DNA of 41,589 nucleotides from Selaginella moellendorffii (Eukaryota; Plantae; Lycopodiophyta): NCBI RefSeq assembly GCF_000143415.4, contig NW_003314344.1, positions 640,296 to 681,884 of the forward strand, read 5' to 3'. Shown piece by piece: positions 1 to 10,553 of this stretch (position 1 is its first letter; each line of letters starts with the position of its first letter). The notes under the pieces were generated by a model. It saw only the letters and a program-made list of their open reading frames with translations, ran no database searches and was not told where the DNA came from. The position numbers and the translations under genes were made by a program.

Positions 1-2360
1 TCTATCTACACTAATTTATTCAAGGAGCAATAACAAAGTTCCCTAGAAAAGAATTGAGTATTGTAACTCAAGTCTTCAATAGCAAGCCTAAACAGAATGG
101 TTTAACACTCCACCACTATCTATCCCATGACTCATTACTTGTAAGATTATCATTACTAACATGTATCAAGATAGTGACCTTTAATTGCATGATGTGAACA
201 TGAGAAATGAAATCATACCTTGTTGCTAAATCATCTCTTGAAAAAAGAGAATATGATTTACGTGTTTGATCCTTTGTCCCTGATGACTCTCTTTTTAGAC
301 TCAACTTAATTAAACCTCAAGCTTGCGTTCACATTGCCTTCAGTCAAATCCAAAAAAGGTTTATGAAAAAGTATGGTAATGACTACTTGAACCAATAGAC
401 TAATCTTTATAATTTTGATTTATTCACTTATAATCATGTCTAGGAAGAATCCACTAGTGACATGCTAAATAGCTACGGACTAGCATATTTGCCACTCATA
501 GTAACTATCAATAGACTAACATTAACCCTGCCAACTCAAAGCATAATCTTAAGTTGCTAATGTGCCTCATATACGAGCCCAAGTGCAAACTCTTGCAAAT
601 GGAACATCTCAATGAGCTCAAATGCAAGCTCACACAATATGGTATAAGAAGGTAATCAAAATTTATACCAAAGTAATGAATGTGAAGTTAAAGCACCTAA
701 ATATGTACCCACTCAGATTATTGTTTTTATCTTTATGTACGTAATAAGACTAATTGCCCAATTTTCTTGAATAGTACGCGTTGAGACTCATCCTTTGATA
801 CCAAATATAGTACATATGGTTTTCACTTTTTATCTTATAGTGATTTACCATAAAAGGAATCTAAACTCCATATGCCATATGTCACATGCCATGTGTCCAA
901 AAATAGTGGAGCAGAACCCGAGTTTCAAGGCCTTGGGCCACTGAATAAAGGAATGGAGCTAAACTCCCAAGCTTGCAGCCAAGGAGCGAAGGAACCAGAG
1001 CATAAAGTGACTCTTGAGCATTCAGCCTAAGGAATAAAGGAACAGAAGCATGGAGTAATGTTGAAATAGTTCTAGAGCTTTCAATATCCCAATGCTAAAA
1101 TTAGCATGCAAAACAAAGCCAAACAAAGTTTGGAGTTATTTCAGTATACTAATGGTCTAATGTGAAGATATGGGTACTCCACTAGTAAGCATGGTATAGA
1201 ACTTGGGCTAAAACCCAAGTTAGACATAGAATAAAAACAAGCACACAAGCGGAAGTTAGACTATGCCTCCAATTGGTTGATCATATACCCATTATCCTTA
1301 TTATACATTTGGAACCCTCCATAGCCCCTCTGCTAAGGAATGCATGCTTTGAGCTTTCACCCTTAGTACTAGGAATTAGTCTTTCGAACAAGCTTGAAAC
1401 TTACTAAATATAGAATGGTGCTAAATTGCAAATTTAGACACAGGAACAACATCATCGTATTTAGGCAAACTTTATATTCTGTAGATATGCCAAATTAGTA
1501 AATCTAGACACTTTCCATAAATAGATAATAAGACTTAACAGAACCAACACATAAAGTATAATAGTGAGGGTGTTTTGGCAAATATGGTAAATTATCACTT
1601 CGTGAGTATTAAGGGACTAAGCTCAATGTTGTAGGGGTTCTCAACACTAATAAGTGCAAGCCAACAACATGAGTTTCTCATCACCATATCAAATATGCTT
1701 GACTAATGATAACTTAGGATTTCCTTTCTTAGTGCCCTTCTGGTGTAAATGCACATATGATGATTAATTTCTCAACTAGCTTTGGCAGAGACTGATAAAG
1801 GGTCTAGCAATACTGACCTCCTACCGTCGTAGCAATAAAGAAAAAATATCCAAAAGGATTAGCCGATAGGTAATTTTCAATATCCATAATCACATTTGCA
1901 ACAAAGATATTCGTCAGATCAAGATTTGTGTTTGACTTTTTAATAATACCTTTCTTTAGCTTCTCCTAGATATTTGTTAGTAAAATTTTAATATCCTTTG
2001 GTGGTTTTTAGGCATGTGAACCTCATCTTATGATAAAGCTATAAGCAATCATATAGAACAACTCGATAAATGATCTATATAAGTTCAAATATAAAAGGAA
2101 ATGGCTCAAGAATAAAAGTGCACTATTTGTTCTAGTTAATTAAAGGTTTTGGGATATTTAGGGTTAAGTGTCCTTAGGTTTTAATAATACTCGATTGTGT
2201 AATCTCATAAAAAGTTTAAACTTAGGAGCTTACAAAAGCTTGATAGAAGTATTCATTTTTGCATTGACTATTGTTAGATTTTTTATATCATTTGGGAAAA
2301 AGTTATAGTTCACTAAATTAAGTTTTGCTTTTGTGTATTAGCAAGTGTTAATAGCTAAGG
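1..2360. repeat. Block of highly decayed, AT-rich dispersed repeats (transposon relics)
   Basis: No long ORFs. About 900-1190 aligns inverted to about 25880-26190, about 1480-2100 aligns directly to about 21885-22480, and about 2085-2225 aligns inverted to about 26195-26335. Family not identifiable by eye. Confidence 0.6.
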
Positions 2361-3580
2361 AGGATGTTTTTACCACTACTTTTCATACATCATTTGGTTT
2401 ATACAACTTTTTGCTTATATTATTTGGGTTGAACAATGTTTCAGCAACTTTTTAATGATTGATGGATGAAGTTCTTTATGATATACTAAAAGTGACTCTT
2501 GACTTTATCAATGATATCTTTATCTACTCAAAGAGGATATAAAAGGACTATATCCATGATGTTCACAAAGCATTAAAGTGGTTGTAGGATGTTGATTTGA
2601 AACTAAAGTGGTCAAAATGCATGTTTATATCCAAGAACATATTTCTCATGATAAAGTGTATTAACAATATGCAATACTTCTTCAACAAAGTGCAATGTTT
2701 TAATCATTTTATTTATCTTCTTTCTATTCATATTACACCATTATAAAAGTTGTTGAAATCTATATCATCTTTCATTTGCTTAGAAATTGTAAATGGGCAT
2801 TTGTGGATCTCGAGAGGTGTTGACAACTTCTCTAATTTTGGCATATTATAACTACATTTGACATTTCATTTTGTTTATAAATGCTTGTAATATTGGTCTT
2901 AGAGATGTATTGATTCAAGAGAGCACAAGTGTGTCTGGTCATTGCTATCTTATTGTATATATTAGCTATACGTTGTAACTAGCAGAGGTGAATTACCCCA
3001 CGATAAAGGAATGTTTAATAGCATTTTGGGGTTTTGAGAAGGTTTATGCATACTTCTATAATTCTTATAAATGTTGTGGTCGTTTTATTATTAAAACAAA
3101 AGAACTTAGTTAGTCAAACTATTTAGTGGGCTCTAAAGCTTTAAATATATAACTTCAAAGTTGTTCATCGCCAAAGGATTTTTATACTTAATATTGATGC
3201 CCTTTCACTTTTTTCTTTTGTTACTAATAAGTTTGTTATTCTGATTTTTTAAACTAGGATTCTATACTATTGGTATTTAATGTACTTGATATTTAGTGTC
3301 CACAATGTATGGAGCTATATTTACTTTATCTTAATGAGATTTGGTAAATTTAAAAGGTTGAGCCGTGAATTTGGAAGGTTTCATGATAAGTTTGAGAATT
3401 TTAAATCATTTGCTGATGATTTGCCATTTTGGCATTTACATTCTCTATATCATTTTAAGGATAACCTTCTTTACTTTGTGGGGACTAATCTTGATAATCA
3501 TTTATAGCAATAGTGCCTTCAATCTTTATTCTATGCTTTCTTCACATTTATTCTATTTTAGGCAAGTATATGGGATATCA

Positions 3581-3997
3581 AATGACACGAACCACGGGAA
3601 TATTCCGAGAATATTCTATGGCCTGTGGGATTTAAGGCCGTAACGCCTTAAGGGTTGGGAGGTTGGCCTAGGGTTCGCTCTCTTGTTCGTTTCATTGGTA
3701 TCGGAGCCCAGTTCGATTCTCGTGGCTGACGAGTGGGGCAAAAATATTCTGAAGGAATATTTAACATGGTGGATCTAGAGGGAGGACCAAGGTTTGGTAG
3801 ACCCTAATAGAAAAACCATGGTGACCGGATGGTGGCCTAAGTATGATCGCGAACGATCATTCCCTGACGAGAGGGAGGATTGTTAGGCACCAAGTCAGGA
3901 TAATAGGATAAGGAAAGGGCCCTGCAATCAAGTGATCACCCCTTTAGCCAGTTGGCTTAGGGTGTAAGGGATAGGATACTAACATTGGTATCAGAGC
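3581..3997 (+). mobile_element. Chimeric retro-insertion: partial chromovirus LTR (3583-3694) + PBS + short non-coding internal region + PPT + different 104-bp LTR (3881-3984) + terminal PBS
   Basis: 3583-3694 is nearly identical to the reverse complement of 30197-30308. TGGTATCGGAGC at 3696-3707. PPT GAGAGGGAGGAT precedes TGTTAG...CTAACA. TGGTATCAGAGC at 3986-3997. The host pol relic resumes at 3998. Confidence 0.8.
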
Positions 3998-4206
3998 ACA
4001 TGTGACTAAGAAGTTTTATTGGCTAGAGATCTAACATAATGTTATCCAGTATATAGTGCTAAATTTGTAATGCTCCCCCTCATGCTATAGGAAGATATTT
4101 GGAGTTAATCATAATTTCATGTCTATCAAAGTTTGTGGTATTTGATTTGATAAGCAATAAATATGTCATTATTGTTTTTGACTACTTAATTAATTAGGTG
4201 AAAGCC

Positions 4207-4341
4207 TATAATGCACCTATCTCTCTCCCCAATTGCAATTGCTTAATGAAAGAGTTTTTAGTGGTTATTTTATCTCTATTTATCCTCTAAGGTTCTAAGA
4301 ATCCATAATAAAAATCTTATCCCATGATCATATACACTATA
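4207..4341. mobile_element. Decayed solo LTR nested in the old pol relic
   Basis: Interrupts the integrase alignment. Flanked by AAGCC (4202-4206) and AAGTC (4342-4346), a near-perfect 5-bp TSD. Homologous (inverted) to the TGTA...TACA element at 21697-21858. Confidence 0.7.
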
Positions 4342-5545
4342 AAGTCAGTGCTCTTGCTAGTGCATTTGTGACTACTATTAGATACTTCCTGAATCAAGTA
4401 GTGTTTGAATATTCTATCTAGAGTGGATTCTATCAAATATCTTGCATTTATGGTTGAGGCATTTCATATTTTGACATATCAGTTGGGATACACCACACTT
4501 TCACAAGTGTTTATCGTTCATAGATGAATGGTTTGGTAGAATATCTCATTCAAACTTTCAAAGGGATTATCATGAAGTATATAAACTTTCATTATTTGGA
4601 TTGGGATAGTTATTTGCTATCTCTTCGATATATGTACATCACAGTGATATAATAGTTTAGATTTCAGTTGAGTTTATCTTTGCAATTACTATAGTTATTA
4701 AGGGATAAATATTTGACGAGCATTCTTCCACTAATTCAAGTAAAGTTTATTAAACATAAGTGGGATAATAATGGCACTACAACCCTATTTTTCCCAATCT
4801 TACAGTGTGTAGGTTATCTAAAGGGCTCCTTGTTTAATGGAAGGGATAATATTAAGTGTTGTAACAAATTGGACCACAAGTTTATGAGGTTTGCATGACA
4901 TTTAATAAGTCTACCCTTTAGAAATTATGCATATGCAAAGGTTAAAGTCCTCTGTACAAAAGCATTAGAAATAAATCACACCATCTATAAATTCACTTCC
5001 TTTTTATATTCCTTCAAATCCTAGCCTATCAATTAAGAGACTTTAATTGTTTTCCATCCTTCTAAAAGGAGAGGATAGTGTAAAGTCCAAATATATAGTT
5101 ACAATGCTATTAATGTAGTGAGATTTGATAACTATTGAATTGGTTTTAATTTAAACCACTCACTACTGTAAATAAGCTAGGGTTTTAAAGTTAATCTAAT
5201 ATGCATATGTTTGTATTCTATGCACTCATACTTCTAAACTAGAAAGTTTTTATTTTATGTAAATGACAATTGGGAAATTAGATAAATTTAGTTCTGGTAT
5301 TTAGAATATTCTTTAATCAATTAGCTCTCTGTTTGGACTATGATAAAGAAATTAATGTAACTATGGAATGAACCTCATTTTAGAATTTAAGAATATAACT
5401 TATAAACATGTTTCACATAAAATAATCCAAAGAGCCTTTATATATAAGCAATTGTTTCTTTGCCAGGTTACTTTAGAATATAAGGGATATTATTTGTTTT
5501 TATTGATATTAAAAGGGTTGAATCTGTGATATGATATTATGAAAG

Positions 5546-5719
5546 TGTGAGGGCCAAGTGTATGGCTACGATGCCGTATACTAATATTAGCGTAGTGGAT
5601 TTTGGTAGCCGTCGGATTGGTTTCAATCCGGACCACTCGCTCCTGTATATAAACTAGGGTTTTTGGGCTAATTGATATGCACATTTCTGTATTCCCTTTC
5701 CATATTCCATGCACTCACA
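5546..5719 (+). repeat. 5' LTR
   Basis: TGTGAG...CTCACA inverted termini. TATA-like TATATAAA at about 5646. Direct repeat of 10380-10553. Confidence 0.97.
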
Positions 5720-5720
5720 T

Positions 5721-5736
5721 TGGTGGAGGTGAGGGG
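5721..5736 (+). promoter_or_regulatory. Primer binding site, most similar to the complement of a tRNA-Ala 3' end
   Basis: TGGTGGAGGTGAGGGG immediately after the LTR; tRNA-Ala ends in ...CUCCACCA. Confidence 0.7.
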
Positions 5737-5953
5737 CACCTTTGATTGTCCCTGGGGAGTGCTTGGATTTGGGGATTTCGGTTTAGATCTAGCTTTTCCA
5801 TTGTCTAGATCTAGCTTTTTCCATTTCCTTTCTTTTGTTCTTTCCTTTCAGGATTTTGGTTTAGATCTAGCTTTTTGCATTGTCTAGATCTACCATTTCT
5901 TTCCAGCTTTTTGTCATTTCTCTTCTTTTGCTCTTTCTTTCTCATTCATTTTC

Positions 5954-6886
5954 ATGGCCGATCCGCAATCTCCTCCTTTGACTCTAGAGCAGCAGTTGGT
6001 TCAATTGCTTGATGCTATGCGCCTGCAATTGAACAACCAAACTCAGTTGATGGCGGCGTTCACGGCACATGGTACAACTCCTCCTGCTTTTGGTGCCAAT
6101 CCTCGCGTTCGGCCGGAGTTCTTTCGTGGGAATCCTGGGGATGATGTGTACCATTGGTTTGATCACTTCACGGTGATTGCCACATATCATTCTTGGGATG
6201 ATGCTCGACGTTTGCGGGAGTTCCCCACATGTCTTCAAGGGACGGCATTGCAGTGGTACAATGGATTGAGCGCAGCTACTCGTGGCGATTGGAGTGTTCT
6301 TCCGGACGTCTTCAAACGCGCCTTCGGACACGCCGACGATTGTGATGATGCCTTCCAACAATTGCATCATCTTCGCCAAGGGCCATCTGAGTCGGTGATG
6401 CAATTTGGCGTTCGTTTCCGAAGTCTTTTGCTTCGTGCGGAGCCAAATATGTCGGAGCGGATCAAGCTAGGAATGCTGTGGCCAGCACTTCGTCAAGATC
6501 TTGTCGGACTTGTGCATGCACTTGCTCCTGCCACTCTTGACGATGCTCTTCGCTTGGCACAACGTTATGAGACGTCGCCTCTTCCACTTCTTGCTACACG
6601 TCCTTCAGCTCCACTTCCTATGAGTGATGGTCCTGTTCCCATGGAGGTTGATGCTGCTGCTACTCGAGTCCAAGGACAAGGGCGAGGACGTGGTCGTGGC
6701 CGTGACATTCGTTGCTGGGCGTGTGATGAAGTTGGTCATACTTATCGGCGTTGTCGGCGCTTTCCGGATTGGCGACCTCCATTTCCTGGGTGGAGACCTT
6801 GGCGTCAGCAACGTCCCGTTGGTGCTGCTGCGGTGGAAGGTTTGGATACCGAGGTGCATTCGGGAAACGAGGAGTCGCGCGAGTAA
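5954..6886 (+). CDS. gag: Retrotransposon Gag (capsid + CCHC zinc knuckle)
   Basis: 310-aa ORF with FRG...W, LQGTALQWY, LRQGPSESV, PVPMEVD and CWACDEVGHTYRRC motifs. Confidence 0.93.
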   Translation: MADPQSPPLTLEQQLVQLLDAMRLQLNNQTQLMAAFTAHGTTPPAFGANPRVRPEFFRGNPGDDVYHWFDHFTVIATYHSWDDARRLREFPTCLQGTALQWYNGLSAATRGDWSVLPDVFKRAFGHADDCDDAFQQLHHLRQGPSESVMQFGVRFRSLLLRAEPNMSERIKLGMLWPALRQDLVGLVHALAPATLDDALRLAQRYETSPLPLLATRPSAPLPMSDGPVPMEVDAAATRVQGQGRGRGRGRDIRCWACDEVGHTYRRCRRFPDWRPPFPGWRPWRQQRPVGAAAVEGLDTEVHSGNEESRE

Positions 6887-6925
6887 TGGAGGGACCTTGC
6901 GCGAATAAGTTAGTGACCCCTCCAT
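6862..6925 (+). promoter_or_regulatory. Putative -1 ribosomal frameshift signal (G GGA AAC + H-type pseudoknot)
   Basis: Slippery heptamer 6862-6868 in the correct gag phase and a 6-nt spacer. Stem 1 is 6875-6883/6896-6904; stem 2 is 6886-6893/6918-6925. pol lies in the -1 frame. Confidence 0.8.
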
Positions 6926-6948
6926 CTTTCTTTTGGGAGTATCATTAA

Positions 6949-9900
6949 GGGGTTCACTCGGCACCGGTTCATCCAGTGTTTACTTTCCAAGCTCGTTTTT
7001 ATAACAAGAGGTCTCCTATTCTTCTCTCCGTGTTGGTTGATACAGGTTTGAGTTTATCTTATATTGCTCGACCTGTTGCCACACGTTGTCGTCTACACTT
7101 GCGTCGTGCGGCGGATCCAGTTTTCATTCTTTATAGCAACGGCCGTACACATGCATGTGCACGAGATGAGGCGGACCTGGTTGTGCGTGTGGGCGATCTC
7201 GAGCTTGAGTTGCAGTCATTGCGGGTGGTGCCGAGTCAAGCTTTTGACCTCATTCTTGGTATGGATTGGTTGCAGCACAATCATGCCAAGTGTGACTTTG
7301 AGGCTTTTCCCCCTTGTCTCATACTTCCTTATGTTTCATCCATTCCTCTCACTTCCGTACCTCTTCATCCCTCTACTTCTACCTCTGCTTCCATTGCTTT
7401 TGTTCCCCCATTATTTCCTTTTGTGTTTCCATCTTGTTCTGCTCTTCCCTTTTCCGATCCCTCCGATGATCTTTGTGTTGCAACTGTTGACCAGCTCATG
7501 AAGGAGTATTCTGATCTCTTTGAATTTGACCTATCGTCTGGGGCCAAGATTGCCACACGTCATCCCATTCCAACTGGGGATGCTCGTCCAATCAAGGTTC
7601 CTGTTCGTCATCGGTCACCCAAGGAGATCAAGATTTTACGTGCAAACATCAAGGAGATGTTGGAGAAGGGTGTTATTCGGAAGTCGCGGAGTCCTTGGGC
7701 ATGTGAACCTCATCTTGTGACGAAGCCTAATGGGAGTATTCATTTCTGCATCGACTATCGTCCGTTAAATGAAGTGACGATCCCGGACGTGTACCCTCTT
7801 CCTCACACTGCTGATCTCTTGGATCGTCTGGGGCGAAGTCGTTGGTTCACCAAGCTAGATCTTGCTTCTGGGTATTGGCAAGTACCGATGGCTGAAGACG
7901 ATATTCCTAAGACTGCTTTTCGTACACCATTTGGTTTGTACGAGTTTTTGGTGATGCCGTTTGGTTTGAACAATGCTCCAGCAACTTTTCAGCGAATGAT
8001 GGACGAGGTTCTTTGCGATATGCCGGTGACGGCTGACTTCATTGATGATGTCTTGATCCACTCGGAGGGGACGTGGGAGGAGCATGTTCGTGATGTTTGT
8101 AAAATGTTGGATCGGCTACGCGACGTTGGTTTAAAGCTGAAGCGGTCGAAGTGCGTGTTTGGGTCCAAGGACACAACTTATCTTGGGTACCGTATTTCTC
8201 GTGAGGGTTTGCAAGTTGATCCTGACAAACTTGTGGCTGTTCTAAAGTTCCCTACTCCGAAGTGTGTGAATGATGTGCAGCGCTTTTTGGGTAAGGTGCA
8301 GTATCTCGGTCGTTTTGTGGATCATCTTTCCGATCGCACTTTACCATTGCGAGCGTTGCTGAAGTCATCAACGTCATCTTTCATCTGGTCTCCCGATTGT
8401 GAGCGGGCGTTCGTGAATCTCAAAGAGCTATTGACGACTCCTCCGGTTTTGGCATATCCTGACTACACTCGACCTTTTATTTTGCGCGTGGATGCTTCTG
8501 ACATTGGTCTTGGAGGTGTGTTGATGCAAGAGAGCTCGAGTGTGCCTGGTCAGCGCCATCCCATTGCATACATAAGCCGTACATTACAACCAGCGGAGAT
8601 GAACTACTCCACGACGGAGAATGAGTGTTTAGCAGCAGTCTGGGGTTTCGAGAAACTTCATGCCTATCTACATGGTTCTCGGACGTTACTTGAAGGTGAC
8701 CATGCTGCTGTTACTTCATTATTGAAGTGGAAGAACCTGGTTGGTCGTACGGCTCGATGGGCTTTGAAGCTTCAGATATATGATTTCGATGTTGTTCATC
8801 GCCCAGGGAGTTCTATGGGTGATGCTGATGCCCTTTCTCGAGCTCCTCTTCCTTCTCCACTCACTTCTCATGTTTCTGACGAACCTGTTGTTCCAGCATC
8901 TGTGGATTTTCTAGATGAGGATTCTGTGCCGTCGGCGGTTGCTGTCCTTGACGTTCAGTGTCCACAGGGCGTAAAGCAAGATCTACCTTCTCTGGATGAG
9001 GTTCGCGAGGCTCAAAAGATTGAGCCGTGGATTCGAAGGCTTCGAGATGGGTTTGAGAATCCTGCATCACTTGCTGATAACTTGCCTTTTTGGCATTTAC
9101 ATTCTCAATATCGCCTTGAAGATGGCCTTCTTTATTTTGTGGGGACGGATCCTGATGCTCATTTACGGCTAGTGGTGCCTTCGGTGTTTATTCCGCGGTT
9201 TCTCCATGCCTACCATGATTCTCCTATTCTAGGTGGGCATATGGGACACCGTCGTGTCACCGAGAAGTTGCACAAATCTTTCTATTGGCCAGAGATGCGA
9301 CGTGATATTATCCGGTATGTGCGTAGTTGCGTTTGGTGCCAAGCTCGTAATACTCCCCCTTGTGCTGCGGAAGGACGGTTGGAGTCAATTGCAGTTTCTC
9401 GTCCGTTTGAGTTGGTGGCGTTTGATCTTATGGGACCTTTTCCGCGATCGACTGCTGGCAATGAGTATGTTATTATTGCTTCTGACTACTTGACTCGTTG
9501 GGTGGAAGTTGGTGCTCTTGCTAGTGCCTCTGCAACTGCTGTTGGATACTTCCTCCTCAATCGAGTGGTGTTCCAGCATTCTTGTCCAGAACGGATTCTT
9601 TCGGATAATGGTCCTGCATTTATGGCTGAGGTATTTCATGTTTTGACATCTCGGTTGGGGATACGCCACACTTTTACGAGTGCTTATCATCCACAATCAG
9701 ACGGTCTGGTGGAACGGCTCGTTCGGACGTTCAAAGGGATGATTGCGAAGTATGTGAACTTTCAACATTCGGATTGGGATGGTTATTTGCCGTCTCTTCG
9801 GTATGCTTATGTCACAGGGGTGCAGAGTTCTGTTGGTGCTTCACCATATAAACTTCTATATGGTCATGATCCAATATTACCAACAGAGCTAGGTTTACCT

Positions 9901-10347
9901 TCGCGATTGCCACGAGCTCCTGATGCTAGGTCATGGGATCAATATTTGACAAGCATTCTTCCACTTGTCCGAGCAGAGTCTGCTGAACACTTAGGCCGCG
10001 TACAAGTGGGACAACAACGGCGCTACAATTCCCATCATCGTCCACCAGCGGAGTACAAAGTGGATGATTTGGTGTTAGTCTGTTTTCCCCATCTTACGGT
10101 ACGTGGTTTATCTAAGGGGCTCCTTGCGCAGTGGAAAGGACCGTATCGGGTGTTGCGACAAGTTGGACCACAAGTTTATGAGGTTCGGCATGACGTTCAG
10201 CAGGCCGATCCTCCGGAGATTGTGCATGTGCAGCGGTTAAAACGCTTCATACAGAGGGATCAGGAGCAGTTAATACCGTCTACAGATCCACCGATGCCTC
10301 CTCCTGACGTTCCTCCAGATCCCGGCCCATCTACAAGAGAACCCTGA
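6949..10347 (+). CDS. pol: Pol polyprotein (aspartic protease, RT, RNase H, integrase with GPY/F motif)
   Basis: LVDTG protease; LDLASGYWQ, MPFGL and FIDD RT motifs; DASD...NYSTTENEC RNase H; HHCC and DDE integrase; WKGPYRV. Open from 6949, preceded by an in-frame TAA at 6946-6948. Confidence 0.95.
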   Translation, partial: GVHSAPVHPVFTFQARFYNKRSPILLSVLVDTGLSLSYIARPVATRCRLHLRRAADPVFILYSNGRTHACARDEADLVVRVGDLELELQSLRVVPSQAFDLILGMDWLQHNHAKCDFEAFPPCLILPYVSSIPLTSVPLHPSTSTSASIAFVPPLFPFVFPSCSALPFSDPSDDLCVATVDQLMKEYSDLFEFDLSSGAKIATRHPIPTGDARPIKVPVRHRSPKEIKILRANIKEMLEKGVIRKSRSPWACEPHLVTKPNGSIHFCIDYRPLNEVTIPDVYPLPHTADLLDRLGRSRWFTKLDLASGYWQVPMAEDDIPKTAFRTPFGLYEFLVMPFGLNNAPATFQRMMDEVLCDMPVTADFIDDVLIHSEGTWEEHVRDVCKMLDRLRDVGLKLKRSKCVFGSKDTTYLGYRISREGLQVDPDKLVAVLKFPTPKCVNDVQRFLGKVQYLGRFVDHLSDRTLPLRALLKSSTSSFIWSPDCERAFVNLKELLTTPPVLAYPDYTRPFILRVDASDIGLGGVLMQESSSVPGQRHPIAYISRTLQPAEMNYSTTENECLAAVWGFEKLHAYLHGSRTLLEGDHAAVTSLLKWKNLVGRTARWALKLQIYDFDVVHRPGSSMGDADALSRAPLPSPLTSHVSDEPVVPASVDFLDEDSVPSAVAVLDVQCPQGVKQDLPSLDEVREAQKIEPWIRRLRDGFENPASLADNLPFWHLHSQYRLEDGLLYFVGTDPDAHLRLVVPSVFIPRFLHAYHDSPILGGHMGHRRVTEKLHKSFYWPEMRRDIIRYVRSCVWCQARNTPPCAAEGRLESIAVSRPFELVAFDLMGPFPRSTAGNEYVIIASDYLTRWVEVGALASASATAVGYFLLNRVVFQHSCPERILSDNGPAFMAEVFHVLTSRLGIRHTFTSAYHPQSDGLVERLVRTFKGMIAKYVNFQHSDWDGYLPSLRYAYVTGVQSSVGASPYKLLYGHDPILPTELGLPSRLPRAPDARSWDQYLTSILPLVRAESAEHLGRVQVGQQRRYNSHHRPPAEYKVDDLVLVCFPHLTVRGLSKGLLAQWKGPYRVLRQVGPQVYEVRHDVQQADPPEIVHVQRLKRFIQRDQEQLIPSTDPPMPPPDVPPDPGPSTREP

Positions 10348-10379
10348 CGGCCTTCCATTATTCCGAGAGGAGGGGATGA

Positions 10380-10553
10380 TGTGAGGGCCAAGTGTACGGC
10401 TACGATGCCGTATACTAATATTAACGTAGTGGATTTTGGTAGCCGTCGGATTGGTTTCAATCCGGACCACTCGCTCCTGTATATAAGCTAGGGTTTTTGG
10501 GCTAATTGATATGCACATTTCTGTATTCCCTTTCCATATTCCATGCACTCACA
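10380..10553 (+). repeat. 3' LTR
   Basis: Preceded by PPT GAGAGGAGGGGATGA; 171/174 identical to the 5' LTR. Confidence 0.97.

Larger units (their letters stand above)
2365..5230 (+). mobile_element. Old, degenerate 5'-truncated copy of the Ty3/gypsy family at 5546-10553 (RT-RNaseH-integrase relic, PPT, 3' LTR 5079-5230)
   Basis: Colinear similarity with the intact pol, e.g. ADDLPFWHLHSLY at about 3413 vs ADNLPFWHLHSQY at about 9073. PPT AAAAGGAGAGGATAG is followed by a decayed LTR TGTAAAGTCC...TGCACTCATA matching TGTGAGGGCC...TGCACTCACA. Many stops and deletions. Confidence 0.88.
5546..10553 (+). mobile_element. Full-length young Ty3/gypsy LTR retrotransposon without chromodomain
   Basis: Two 174-bp TG...CA LTRs differing by 3 transitions. 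PBS 5721-5736, PPT 10365-10379. Domain order gag then PR-RT-RH-IN. Flanking direct repeat AAAG at 5542-5545 and 10554-10557. Confidence 0.97.

Noticed and set aside
930-1070. About 40-bp periodic repeats (also about 26000-26190) as a CRISPR-like array
   Set aside because: Degenerate tandem units without unique spacers, in a eukaryotic repeat.
5490-5714. Duplicate small minus-strand ORFs here and at 10270-10548
   Set aside because: They simply reflect the two LTR copies.
8038-8049. FIDD instead of YxDD in RT
   Set aside because: FIDD is a common functional variant in Ty3/gypsy RTs.
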